Shown here: piece by piece, positions 13,173 to 28,037 of the stretch
How positions within the stretch are numbered: the stretch's first letter is position 1
Layout: each line of letters opens with the position of its first letter
Assembly (NCBI RefSeq): GCF_009914755.1
Contig: NC_060926.1
Reading direction: 5' to 3' (one strand)
Length of the DNA: 64,000 bases
From: the human T2T-CHM13v2.0 reference genome, Homo sapiens
The notes under the pieces: model-generated
The model's database searches: none
Told to the model about the DNA's origin: nothing
What the model saw: only the letters and a program-made list of their open reading frames with translations
Program-made: the position numbers and the translations under genes

Positions 13173-14387
13173 TTGAGTACTTTCAACTGAAGCAACCGAA
13201 AGGGCCTCAGAAATACTGTCCCACTGACCTTCTCCTGCCTTCCTGTCTCAAGGCCCTCCTTGTCTCCCAAAGCAAGTCACAGAAACCAGAATTCTTCTTC
13301 TCCAAGGTTCATCACAGAAACTAGAACTCCTCCCCCAAAGGAAGCTATAAAACCTAAAAACATCGCTCTCTCCCTTCTCCCTTGAAGACCCTTATTCCAG
13401 AGGGCTCCTGCCTCACAGTAGGAGAGGAATGTTATACAGAGAAGCCAAAAAGAATCTGGACAGACAGGCCTTGCTGGGTTTCCCCTTCAGTCTATCACCA
13501 TTAGGCCATACCTTTTTGTCCCATCATATTTTTACAAGGCTGTCCATTCTTCATCAAAACTAAGCATAAAAACAGTCTTCCCTGGGTCTTTATTTCTTTA
13601 ATTTAATTTAGACAAGGTTTCTCTCTGTCACCCAGGTTGCAGTGCAGTGGCGTGGTCACGGCTCACTACAACCTCGACCTCCTGGGCTCAAGTGATCTTC
13701 CCGACTCAGCCTCCCGAGTAGCTGGGAATATGGGCACACGCCACTTTTTTATTTTTTGTAGAGATGAAGTCTCACCATGTTGCCCAGCCTGGTCCCGAAC
13801 TCCTGGGCTCAAGCAATTCCACCCACCTAGGGCTCCCAAAGTGCTGGGATTACTGGAATGAGCCACCGCACCCAACCAGAGCCTTCATTTCTGAAGGTGC
13901 CTGTGTCATGTAAAATGTTGATTAAGTAAATTTGTCATGCTTCTCTCGTTAACCTGTCTTTTGTTATAGGAGTGATGGCTGTGTCCTCTTATGATGGGTT
14001 AGAAGAGGTATCACACCTTTCCACCCCAACAGTTTCTGGCACCCAAAGTGGGGCAGCTGAGACACCTGACTTGCTCTGGAACCTGCAGACAAAATCCTGG
14101 AACAACTGACAAAAGGCAAGCAAAGAAAGGTAAGAAGTTCTTTGATTTTTTTTTTTTTTTAAACAAAGTCAGCTTTCCTGGATCTCTAACTATAGTGCCT
14201 GGTCAAGAAGAGAAGGTAAAAATTTATCTTTACATCTTCCATTCCAAATTCAAGTTAGCAAGGAAAATCATTTGTTTTTAAATAAATTTGTTATGCTTTT
14301 CTCTTGTTAACCTGTCTTTTGTTATAGGACTGTCAGCTGTGATCCTTATGATGAGTTCAGTAAGGTATCATGTCTCCCCACCCGACA
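13126..14387 (+). mobile_element. Internally deleted ERV1-class provirus (MER39-like 5' LTR, leader, partial 3' LTR)
   Basis: LTR 13126-14031 (TG...CA); PBS 14037-14054; LTR 3' end repeated at about 14281-14387; 4-bp TSD TATT at 13122-13125 and 14388-14391. Confidence 0.8.
13590..13877 (-). mobile_element. AluJ nested in the MER39-like LTR
   Basis: Reverse-complement diverged Alu dimer interrupting the LTR. Confidence 0.88.
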
Positions 14388-15889
14388 TATTCATGCTACC
14401 ACATTACTGAAAACAGCCTAATATGCCATCATTTTATACTGCAGCCATAACCCAAAGGAGGATGTTCTAAGAATAGTTATAGGTTTTGTACAGAAAACCT
14501 ATTACGGCTAAAGTAATGTTTTCTTTAGACTTGAGAATTTTATTTGCTAATTTTTTTTACCACTAAAATCTAAATATAATGAAATCCCTGCCTCCAACAA
14601 CATAAAAGCAACATTTCAAAGGCTTATTCATTCCACAAATATTTATTATTATTTATTATGTTAAGCCTAAGAGAGTCTGTGATGAAATACATATTCAGTG
14701 CCTATTCTCAAAGAACTCACAGTCTGGTGAAATTGTGAAAACAGCTGTGGATTATATCAAGATTCATCGCATCAACTGCCATCTTCCCACTTACTCTTCA
14801 TTCATCTACTTAAGATTAGTCCAACACCTACTATGTGTGAAAAAGAAAATAAAATGACAATGAAGACATAAGTTTGTATTCCATTTCTAGGCCTGAAGAA
14901 GTACAAATAGACAAATAATAAAACTTGAGAGAAAAATTAAGGGCGAAAATGAGATGTAAAGATATAAACATAACATATGGGAAATGTTTGAAATGAAAAT
15001 CACTTAAGCAATTTTACTATATTCCAGACATGAACAAAATTTAATACTCACAGATTTCTAGCCAGATGGATTTTCATATTGACAATGAAAGCCAAAGTAT
15101 TTAATCAACTCAAAACTGGATATTAGTAAATCAGAATAGGCACTTCCACAACTATCTTTAATCATTAGGTTTTACAGAGAAAATACTCAATCACACAAAG
15201 CATATTATAAAAACTAATAAAGTGGCAAATTGCATGAAGAAAGCCCCAAATGAGTTGAATTCACAATTTTGGTAAAGAGGTTTAAGGCTGTGCAGGGTAG
15301 CAGCAACATTAATTTCTTCTCAGACAACATTTAAACTAAAATTATAAGCTGACTAGTTTAAATATCACCATATCATCGATTTGAAACTAATCGGTTTGTC
15401 TACTTACTAGAGCAGCCATAAAGAGAGGTGAAACTCTGCCCTACCTGGCTGATCCAAGCTCACTTGATTATTACTAGAGACATGAAAGAAGAGTAGCTGT
15501 CTCAGTATTTTTCAAAGCTTGGGATTTCTCTTTAAAGGATTCCAGTGATGAGTACACACAGCCACTTTACATATTTGGTAAACAACTGTATTACACCTCT
15601 CAGTTATTACTACTTGCACATTTCTAGGGTCTCTACATAATGAACTGCGTGACTCCAGGGGATGTTATTCATATAAACTTCAAGCTGATATATCTCCCTT
15701 GCTTACCATTAATATCATATGCTAGTCTCTGATTTACCCAGATAAAAGTCAATACTTCTAAATGTAAGTACTGTAAGTAGATATTCTGAAAAAAGGCTTA
15801 ACCTATGAAGTCAGGAGACTTCAATCAAAATGGAATCTTGACTCTAACATTTAGTGATCTCAAGTTAACCTCTTTTAGCACCATTCCCA

Positions 15890-16018
15890 CCCATTTATGC
15901 CTAGTGTTCCATTATTGGAATGCTAAGCTTGTGGGAGTTATTTAAATCCTACTGCTCAAGGTCATGGCCAAGGTCTGATTATTCACAAAAAAAATTTGCC
16001 ACCTCCAGCATACATGGG
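15890..16018 (+). mobile_element. MER85 (piggyBac/PGBD3-derived MITE) inside a MIR
   Basis: TIRs cccatttatgcc...gcatacatggg, TTAA on the right, internal gttccattattggaa. Confidence 0.9.
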
Positions 16019-18811
16019 TTAATAGGGTTGTTGTGAGACAAATGAAAACTATGCTCTGTAAATAGTCAAGCCTTACTACACAAATACTATTTATTTCCAA
16101 TAATCCTTCTCCCCAACACTATCAGCTGACCTACATGCCTTTCCCGAGCTTATCTTCTCAAAATATTAACATGTCATTTTAATCATTTGTTCATAATTTC
16201 CCTTGGAAGCCTGTGAATATCTTAAGAGCAGGGACTATGACACTGTATTCCCTACTGGAGCTCTTAGTAGAGTCAATAAATACTTGAACTTTATTATTTC
16301 ACCATTATGTTATTACGTAAATAGGAACAACCTACTCTACTGTACAGTCCTGTTACACATAGGCTTTATTATACTTACTATAATACACTAGATTTTAGTA
16401 ATTCATAAGCTAAAATTCAAATCTAAAACATCCAAGTGATTGATTCCCAGGATACAGGTGAAAGACTCAAAGAAACTATGGTTGTTCAAACTCTTCTTGC
16501 TTGACAAAGTTACCACCTTCACCCAACCCCACTACATCATGAGTACTCTAGATATCTATTAGAAAGCTAAGGGTTTACCAATGAGAGGCTTCCCCAATTA
16601 TTTATTCTGGTATCTGGTACACACTAACTAGCTCAAGAGTTAAGCATATCTGAGAGAGCTGAAGGAATCTGTATCACATCCACCGAGAAAAAGGATTTGT
16701 CTCTGTGTTTTTAAAGATCATCAAATAAAAAGAATCAACGTAAAAAATTAATAATTATAAAGAGTGATTATAGTCCTCCTAACCTTTTACATACAAATCT
16801 GATCTTTCAAATAATAGGATGCCACTAAATAACTAATAACACAAGTATTGTGGGAAAAAATGTGTGTAGTACACTCTGGCATTCGCTAGCCTAATAAATA
16901 AGTATTCTTCCACTTATCTTTTTGTTGTTTTATGTATTTCTTTCCCACACAGTCATGGAAAGAACATATGCATCAGTGTCAGAGAGGTATAAAATCAAAT
17001 CTCAGCTCTATTGCTTACTTGTTGCACAACCATAGGACAAAGTGCTCAATAAATAATAAATGTAGTTAGGGTAAATTTTGTAAAAGCTACAAGACGATCT
17101 TACTCCTGTACCTTCTTCCTATTAAGCTATACAAGTATGCAATTAGCATACAGAAAGAAACCAGAGTGTCTGTGAAGAGGCTGAAGCCTCACAGGCGTGT
17201 TTACAATGGAATGAAGTTTTGGAAAGTACGGCAGAAATGGTTACATGAAAGTAGAGAGCAGGACAAGAGGATCTAGGAAGTAGAGCAAAGCAGCATGATG
17301 ATCAGACTGCAGGAGATGACAGGTTCACAGAGGAGTTTTCATTTTCACCACAGCCTTAGGGTTTTAAAGGAAAAAAAAAAGAAATAAAATTAAATGCCTT
17401 CCATGTTCCCTACTTGGGACCAAAACTTCCTTTGAGGCTAAAACTGGCTAGGGTCTCAGAGGGCAGAGTCTGCCCTATCCAGCTAGTCCAGCTGAATAGC
17501 AGCAGGAAAGGGAGGGGTGGCCGACCCCGGCCTGTGCTGTGATGAACTCTGAACCGGGGAAGGGACAGAGCCACAATGGGAATGGTAGTCTGCAGTATCA
17601 GGGTCAGTAACTATAGCTAAGCCACTGCTCTCTCAGCAAAGGACACCACGACTCATACAACGTCCTTGGTAATGGCAACTACGTCCATGGTTTTCAGTTT
17701 TGTGAGCCCCAAAATCTATTTTTCCAGTTTACTCAGGCATTCAAGGGAAATAATTCATACCACCCACATCAGAAGAAAATGACATATAATCCTAAAAATG
17801 TGTACATTTATAATAAGAGAAACAACTAGCTTGAGAATCAAGTTGCATAGCTCCCCTGATTGACAGATCAATTTAAAAGTCAAAAGCTCTATCTGAGGAC
17901 TGTTTCAGGAACATGGAATCAAAGCCACATCCACAAAATGGATGCTCAACAGCCAAGCTACACAATTCCTCATGAATTATTCTTCCAGACTCTCAGGGTA
18001 TTTGTTCAAAACACTTTTGCTAAGGCATGACAACTTCTAGCCTGAATGCCTCTCTTCCTACTACATACACATTTTTTCAATTTCTGAGGTCCCCCCCTTT
18101 CCCTTTCCTGTCCCATTACTTTTCTGACTGCATATTTCAAACTACTGAAATATTTACATTTATTCATTCTCTGGTTTTAAGGTTTTTAAACAACTTTTAC
18201 TTTTTTTAATAGAACCACTCTAAAAATCTAATCAATGAATTATATTAATGAGTAAAGAGTAATGCATTATTATAGCATTGACTGGCAACTAATGACCAAA
18301 AAAAAAATGCTAACCAGTCAAAGGTTGAGCATATTCCAATAAGGGCCACAAAAAAAGATTCAATTTATCTTTGCAGGACAAAAAAAAAAAAGTCTCTGGA
18401 TTTTCAGTAAACAAAAGCGCATACTAATCAATTTTGCTCAGAATAGCCTTTACACTGGATGTATAACGTACTAGGATACACAGAATATGAAATATTAAGA
18501 GTGCTTCAGAAATTGATAAATATTTCTACTAGGTGAATAAAAGTAATTTTAAAAAACAGAAAGCCAAGGGGGGAAAATGCCTTTATTATTCAAAGTTTTC
18601 ACCATTTAGAAAAATGTTGCCCAAATCTAAAATTTCCCAAATACAGAGAGAACATCAGGCTCCTCTCAAACGAAAACAGCTGAATACTTTATCATCATGC
18701 ATTGATAACCATGAAAAACACGAAGTATCTTTTGGATCAATGAAATGAATAATGCTTTATTTTGAACATAGATATGAAACATGGACTTCATGTATTGTGC
18801 ATCAAGAAGTA

Positions 18812-19035
18812 GAGTCATCCCTCGGTATATGCAGGGTTCCAGGTATACCAAAATCTACATGCACTCAAGCCCCCTAGAAGACCCTGCTGGACCCACCTAT
18901 ACAAAAAGTCACCTACCCTATCCACAGATGTGACATTCTGCAAAGACTGTATTTTCCATCAGTGTTTGGTTGAAGAAAATCTATGTACAGAGTGGACCCA
19001 TGCAGTTCAAACCCATGTTGCTGTAGGGTCAACTG
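18812..19035. mobile_element. MER2-family TcMar-Tigger element
   Basis: agtcatccctcggtat start; gtggacccatgcagttcaaacccatgttg...gggtcaactg end. Confidence 0.8.
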
Positions 19036-20352
19036 TGTCAGTGATATGAAATATATGCCCTATAAATCAGCCTACACTCCCATCCTCAGTCAGCTCTTGA
19101 ACAGCCAAGTGGAAGTTCTGCTGCCTGACATCCCCAGCTAAATACATTACACAGTTTTGAGAGTTCATCACTTCACCTCTAGAAAGAAGAAATGAGTGAA
19201 GTTAGCTATAATTTCAGAGCAGAGAGAAAGACTGTCCCTTTTATTTAGCCACCAAGGTTGTAAGCTGAGGAGCACCTCTGCCACTGAGGACAAATCTAGA
19301 TCCAATAAGGGAGAAAGAGTGGTAAACATGTGGAGATCATATTAACTTCAAGTTGAATGGAAACCAGGGAGAAAATATCTTCCTAAAGCTGTGTATAAGA
19401 CAAAAAAATAAGAATATCTAAAACAAATAAATTTAAACCAGTGAATCGAGGAAGAAAATACAGAGTCACTTTCTCTTTTCCTCTGTCATTCTGAGAAAAA
19501 TTCCTTATCAATAATCCTCTCAATTATGACATTGATCCATTCAGGTCATTCAGGAAATAGGCTCTAATATGAAAATCTCAAACCACCCACCCAAAGCTGG
19601 ATATGCCTAGAGAAAAACAGAGTGAGGGGGTGAGAGAAGGAAAATTAATCCCTAAAATGGTAAAATGTAAGTGAATCAGAGTAAAAGATTTATAATACAA
19701 GCTATTTCCAGTTGAGGAATTTCTTTAAACCTTTACTCTATCACAATACATGGCTTTATATGAGCAGACCTTTCCTTCCCCTTGTGAATTTAAATTATAA
19801 TATATGTCACTAACTAGTGCTACTCTGTCACTACATAACAAAATCATCTAATCCTTAAAACCTATCATTCCAGGACACTAACAAAGAGTTCCATCCTTCT
19901 CTATATCTTAGCTATCCACATTTCAGTGAAGAGAAGGTAACTCCCTTCAAGGAGGCCCCAAATAACTAGTGTTGCAAGATTTGAAAAGAATTGTAACCCT
20001 TTTAGGATTTGACCCTCCAAATCCTTGATAATATTAACTTTTGCTGAAATGTTAACATCTCCATTCTGTACTTTTGAATGACAAAGAGGGAAAAAATGAA
20101 GAGTTTAACAAACTCTTTTACAGATTACACTCTGTATACAGAGTGTACCACACTACAATTCAAAATTAGTCCACAGTATTAATCTATTTTTAATTTATCC
20201 CACTGTACTGATATCATAATTTAAAGGATAGAAGAGCTTTGGAACGATGAGAATAAACAGCTGTGTACTATAGTAAAATATCAATAAAATAAAATTAGTA
20301 TTGTCAATACTCACCCTTAAGAGAGTATCATTCTAATAACCAAGAGACGCAC

Positions 20353-20481
20353 CTGCTCATTTTGACCCCATTCCCCTTGTTGCTTCAGAGATGGAATCGC
20401 CCAGATGCTCAGTTTCCCTGAGAAGTGAATGGCTGCCAGGAGCATCCCATCTGGAGAAAGGCTCATCTTAAAAATTCCATC
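20353..20481 (-). CDS. NBAS: NBAS coding exon (probably exon 12), 129 nt, DGIFKMSLSPDGMLLAAIHFSGKLSIWAIPSLKQQGEWGQNEQ
   Basis: Acceptor atttag|GAT, donor CAG|gtgcgt, phase 0-0, WD40-like blade (SLSPDG..L.IW). Confidence 0.96.
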
Positions 20482-22541
20482 CTAAATAAGAATCATAAGG
20501 TCAGGGCAAAGGACTTATGGTCAAATGTAAATAACTCAGAAGTAAATGACACTCTTTAGAGGTGCCAAGTTATAAATGATCTTTAGTAATTAAGAGTTCT
20601 GCCAGCTTCCTATCATTATAAATGTACTTCAGCATAGAGAAAAAGTCCTCCTGACCTTAAGGAGTTTGTTACCTACTTCAGAGTTATAATTTACATATAA
20701 CCCAAAACCAAAAATTTGGTTATATTTACATATAACCGAAAAATATGTATGCATTATAAATATATTTCTTCACATATCAATTACCATGAATTCTCAATAC
20801 CTTTTAAGGTTGGTCTTGACTAGATTGTCAATTCCTTAAAATTTGGGCCCAGATCTTTACAAGATTTTATATCTACACAGTGTCTGAAGTATGCTATATA
20901 TCATAAATAGGCCAAAAATTCATGCCACGGAAAAGAAGGAAAGGAGTAGAAAAGAGCTAGAGAAAGAGTGCAAGAATGATGGAAACAGAAGAAGATAAAG
21001 AGGAAGAAAATGGTCCTTAATTTAAGAAATGCTATGAATGTTTACAATTTTCTAGATTTGCTGCCAAATTATCCAGTTTAAGGAATGTGTTACTACAGAA
21101 CAAAGAAATTTTGTAATGACTGATTTCATATAGTCAACCGAAAGGTACACAGAGGAAGAGTTATCCTTCCAGTCCTTCTTGTCCAAATAACCTCTCTGTC
21201 TTTTCCTTTCTCAGATGACACAAACCATATGAGCAGAAATCATATGAGCAGAGACATCACCTGCCACCACCTACGATACACTCAGAAGACCTGAACAAAC
21301 ATTAACTGGACAGCTATTTCCCATTCAGGCATTTGTTAAGAACAGGGTCCAAGGTAGCCTGCCCACAAAGAATAAAACAGAGACCAGAAAACAGCAGCCC
21401 ACAACCATATCTCTTCTGAACATTTAGAAAATCTGGCAAAACACAGCCCACATCCCCAGATGACAACAGAACTTGGTAGCAGATGACCTCTTAGAAGAGT
21501 CATAAACTTTCCAGTTAGTCAATGCCCACACCTTTCTCTATTATTGCTCCAGTATTGGGGTCAATACTAGCTATAGAACTGAAAATGAAACATGACTATA
21601 CTGAAAATCAAAATTATTACACTTGATCCAATTCACTAAATTATATTATCAGCCTGGCCTCTGTAGACATTTAAGTCCTCAAGTCTCAAATGACTAAGGT
21701 GCCTTAGCCATCAAAACCAGAACAATTTCAGGAGGTCAGGAACACTGTTGAATGAGTACATAGATGAAAAGATTAGCATCCTCTAATCACTTTACTAAAG
21801 ACTAAAATTACTTTAACTAGATATAACAGGTTAATCCCAGAATCCCACAATTAAATGTAAGATTGAAATACAAATGCTTGAAAAAAGAGAAATAATAAAA
21901 GCAAAAGTACTTCAAAGCAAAATTTTAAATCTATCACATCCCTTCCTCTAAGATGGGATCAGGGAAAGAAGTACAAGACAAAGGGCCTGATGTCCTCCCT
22001 CCTCAAATTTAAAGTCAATAAGCTCCATGGTTTTGTATAAGGCAGGCCTCAGAAGCACAGATCTTTACCAGCCAAAAGAACTCTGCCCATCTTTCAGATT
22101 TCACAAAGGAAGAGATTAAAGTCCTGAAGGGCAAAGACACTTGCCCATGATCACTCAAGTGTGCAGAGCAAAATCTGAACTAGAATGTGGATGTTTTCAA
22201 TCCCAACCAGGGCACGTCCATGAGCCAGGACTATAGTCCTCACCTGGACCCTGGCCTAGTTTCTAGTAGTCACGAGCATGCCCCTCAGCAGAAATTATGG
22301 TCAAGTATAATTTATTGTTTTGACCACCTGAATAATTAGTCATGTGTGATCTGTATGGTAATTCCCAGGTATTATAAATGTTCCATTATACAACTCCATT
22401 GAAATGCTCTGAAAGCAAGAAAAAAGTTTATGAATCTCTTTAACAACAAAAGTATACTGAATAACTTCACAATAGCAATATGACCGAAAGCACTGAATAA
22501 ATATATAGTATTTTTTAATTTTTAAAAAACTTCTTCCCTCT

Positions 22542-23394
<853 letters not shown>

Positions 23395-23906
23395 CTCACT
23401 TCTTTCTTTCCAGAAAGTTAAACAATAAATTGTATTAACTAGAATGTTCCCACTTGCTTTCATATGGTGGATACTTGATCCCCTTAGTTTCATTAGATGC
23501 CATGGTATCCACACTGTAAATGTAGTATTTCTTTCTTGAACTATCTTATTGTAGAAATTTTCACTTACACACAAAAGTAGAAATTACAGTATAATAAATA
23601 TCCACATACCCAACCTGCTTCAACAAATATTAACATTTTTTCAGGCATGTTTCATTTACCCTTCCCCAGTCACCACCATGCCAGAGGATTTTAAAGCAAA
23701 TCCCAGTCATTATTTTGCTTATAAATACACATCAAGTATGCATTTCTTTGAAGTCCCAAGTTATCTATTGAACGTTCATGCATAGTAAGATGATAGAGTT
23801 ATTAGCAGTAATTGGATTGTAGCCACTCAAGATTCTCAAGACACTTAGGTTATGTTGGAAATACAGTGTTTTCCTTCTGAAATAAAACTCTGCTCTTTAT
23901 TTGTAG

Positions 23907-24219
<313 letters not shown>

Positions 24220-24392
24220 GTAGAAACATTTCTGAATTCCTATATAACATGCAAGGGGGTTCTGGCCCAGGGAATAATTCATTATCCCAACAGTAACTGT
24301 GGACCAAAATCTCAAGTCACAGTTAGAAAATCCACGCTAAATTCTATGAACAGAGTCTGTGGTATTTGGGAGTCTGAGTGTCTGTTGGTGAG

Positions 24393-24759
24393 TAATATGG
24401 TTTGGCTCTATATCCCCACCCAAATCTCATTTTGAATTATTGTAATCCCCATGTGTCAGGGGAGGGACCTAGTGGGAGGTGACTGGATCATGGGGACAGA
24501 TTTTCCCCATGCTGTTCTCATGCTAGTGAGTTCTCATGAGATCTGATGGTTTAAAAGTGTGCGGCAGTTCTGCCCTCGTTCTATCTCCTTCCTATTGCCA
24601 TTAAGACCTGCTTTGTTTCCCCTTCATCTTCCGCCATGATTGTAAATTTCCTGAGGCCTCCCCAGCCATGTGGAACTGTGAGTCAATTAAACTTCCTTTC
24701 TTTATAAATTACTCAGTCTTAGGTAGTTCTTTATAGCAGTGTGAAAATTGACTAATACA
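24393..24759 (+). mobile_element. MaLR solo LTR (THE1D-like)
   Basis: atatggtttggctct..ccccacccaaatctca; gaggcctccccagccatgtggaactgtgagtcaattaaa; ends gactaataca. Confidence 0.88.
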
Positions 24760-24843
24760 GTGGGCAAGGGAGAGAATACCAGAGTTTGTGCCTTGGAAAT
24801 GGGAGGATAAAAGCAACTACATATCACAATAAAAGTATACCTC

Positions 24844-25195
<352 letters not shown>

Positions 25196-25286
25196 TCAGC
25201 ACAAGTAAATAATAATCTTGTTCTCTTCTTTATTTGAATTAAGCAGTTGTAAAAGCAATAAAATTTATATGTAGCTGCAATTTTCT

Positions 25287-25580
25287 CTTTTTTTTTTTTT
25301 TTTTGGAGACAGAGTCACTGTCTCCCATGCCGGAGTACAGTGGTGCAATCTCAGCTCACTGCAACCTCTGCCTCGAGGGTTCAAGGATTCTCCTGCCTCA
25401 GCCTCCCACGTAGCTGGGATTACAGGCACCTGCCACCACGCCGGGCTAATTTTTGTATTTTTAGTAGAGATAGGGTTTCACCATGTTGGCCAAGCTGGTT
25501 CAACTCCTGACCTCAGGTGAACTGCCTACTTAGGCCTCCCAAAATGCTGGGATTACAGGCATGAGCCACCCCACCCAGCC
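25287..25580 (-). mobile_element. AluS
   Basis: Full dimer; TSD caattttc. Confidence 0.92.
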
Positions 25581-27189
25581 ACAATTTTCACTTTGGTTAA
25601 AGTAAGTCTTAAATTTCTTTCACATTCCTCGTTTTTATTTTAATCATGAATGTCATTTTTATTTTAATCATCATTTCAACAGCTGAAATTTTGGTCAAGA
25701 ACATTAAACTTGGCTCTGCCACTAGTAGTTATGTGATCATAGGCACATTAGTTAACTATCATAAGTAACAGAGGCTTTCTCTCTTTTTGAAATAAAAATA
25801 ACAACATCTACACATTATAAGGTTGCCCCAAGGATAAAATTAGAATGTACGTAAAGTCATTTAATGCATTTATCATATAACTCAACTTTCTAAATATAGA
25901 AGTTAGTATGAAGATTGGATTCTACCTGAATCCATAATAACACATCTTAATCGTAAATTCCAACAACATGTCTCATTCATTTGGCACTCTTCACTTGCAC
26001 CTTAGTAAGATCTTTTATATTGGAGGAATATATTGATATTTAATTCTTCTAACTAGTACTTTACCTAGTCTCACTAACCACTTTATATGCTCCCTGAGTA
26101 TAGAAACTCCATCCACATTATATAAATGCTAGAATACAAGAGCTGAAATAAGACAATAAAGAGTGATGTTCCCAAAAAAGGAGGGTATCAGAATCACATG
26201 GACACCTGCTCCACTCCCAGCACTTAGGATAAATAGAAATCTAGGCTGGAAAAACATAGGCATATGTTCTTTGAAAAAACTCCCAGATATCTCTGATGTG
26301 CACCTCCACTTGAAATCTTCCACTTTAATTCTGCATTTTTACCACCCTTTTTTCATTTTGCTGAGGAGGCAGCCAAAGCCCAGACACTCATGTGGCATGC
26401 TCCAGATGACCTGACAAGACTCTGTGGCAGCAATACAATAACTCTCCTAACACGCAGGGAACATCTCTTGGCATTCACAATAGGCAATTTCTTCAATGCA
26501 TTGCACAGAAAATGGTGAGTAGTCTCTTGCCAAAATGCTGACCAGGCACTTGATAAATACTGTTCACATAAATGGAAACTGGGGGAAGTTATGCACACTC
26601 CAATAGCAGGAGCGTGACAAGAGATCCTGGAGCAATCGGCACTCTATAAGCTCTCAAAACTAACCGGCCTGCACCCACTTGTACAGGGGAAGTCCCATAC
26701 TAATGTCATCAAAAACAGATACGATCCTCTTGATAAAAGAAGGCACTACCACCTATACAGTTTTCTGCCTTAAAAAGCAAACAAAAAATCTGCATGATCT
26801 TTAAATCCAACTACTAATTTATAAGAATACATGGACACAAAAGGACAAAAGAATAAAGGAAACACCACTATAAAGATGCAATGAGTAAAATGAAAAAACA
26901 GTTTCTTCAACAAATAATTTTTAAGAGAAAAAAAAGATGATATGGAGGACAGACCAGCAGATAGAGAAAAAGAGACTTAAAACACATAGTTTTTTTAAAA
27001 AAGCCATATTGTTAGAGATGAAAAATTGCATGATAAAAGTATAAATAAACAGATAAACCTCAGCCAGAATAATGGCTGCTTGTGGAGGGAGGGCGGGAAC
27101 TGTGTTTGTGACAGGGTCCATAGAAGGTAGCTGGCAGAGTCCTGTTTCTGCCCTAGATAATGGTTATAAGGTTATGTACCTTTTCAACT

Positions 27190-27552
27190 TCAAACAAGAA
27201 CCACTTCACACCTACTAGGATTACTAGAATAAAAGATAATAACAAGTGTTGGCATGGATGTGGAGACAATGGAAACACCATACTCTGACATTAGGAACAG
27301 AAAATGGTGCCGCCACCTTGGAAAACTATCTGACAACTCCTCAAATGGCTAAACACAGTTATCATAAGACTCAGCAATTCCACTCCAAGAAAAATTCAAT
27401 GATATTTCCACAAAAGAACTTGCACACAAATGTTCACAGCAGCATTATTTATAATAGCCAAAAAGTAGAAACAACCCAAATGTCCAACTGATGAATGGAT
27501 AAATAAAACACTGTGTGTGTGTATATATATACACACACACATACATATACAG

Positions 27553-27589
<37 letters not shown>

Positions 27590-27960
27590 GGGCTATTATT
27601 CAGCAATAAAAAGAAATGAAATACTGATACATGCAACAACATGGGTGAACCTTGAAAGCATCATGCTAAGCGAAAAAAGCCAGTCACAATGGACCACATA
27701 TTTTATAATTCTATTCATATAGAATGTCCAGAATAGGCAAATTTATACAAACTAAAAGATTAGGGGTTGCTTACGAGCTGGGGAGATGGAGTGTTGCAGG
27801 TGATAATTAAGGGATGCAGGGTTTTTTTCCAGAGCGATAAGATGTTTAAAATTGATTCTTGAAATCATTGCACAGTTCTGTGAATATACTAAAAACCTCT
27901 GAATTGTATAATTTAAATGAGTAAATTGTACCACATGTGAATATTTCAATAAAGCTGTCC
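27190..27960 (+). mobile_element. L1MB-type 3' end containing a (TA)/(CA)n microsatellite at 27512-27587
   Basis: ORF2 C-terminal remnants (YYSAIKRNEILIHATTWVNLE) and L1MB 3'UTR ending caataaagctg. Confidence 0.82.
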
Positions 27961-28037
27961 CCAAAATGGTTATTAAACCACATATTTGTTTGATGCAATT
28001 TCCTACATCTGTATTATATTTCACAATAAAAAGCTTA

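Noticed and set aside
12865-13270. ORFs with an internal 33-aa repeat
   Set aside because: Produced by the 99-bp duplication, whose length is a multiple of 3; no coding evidence.
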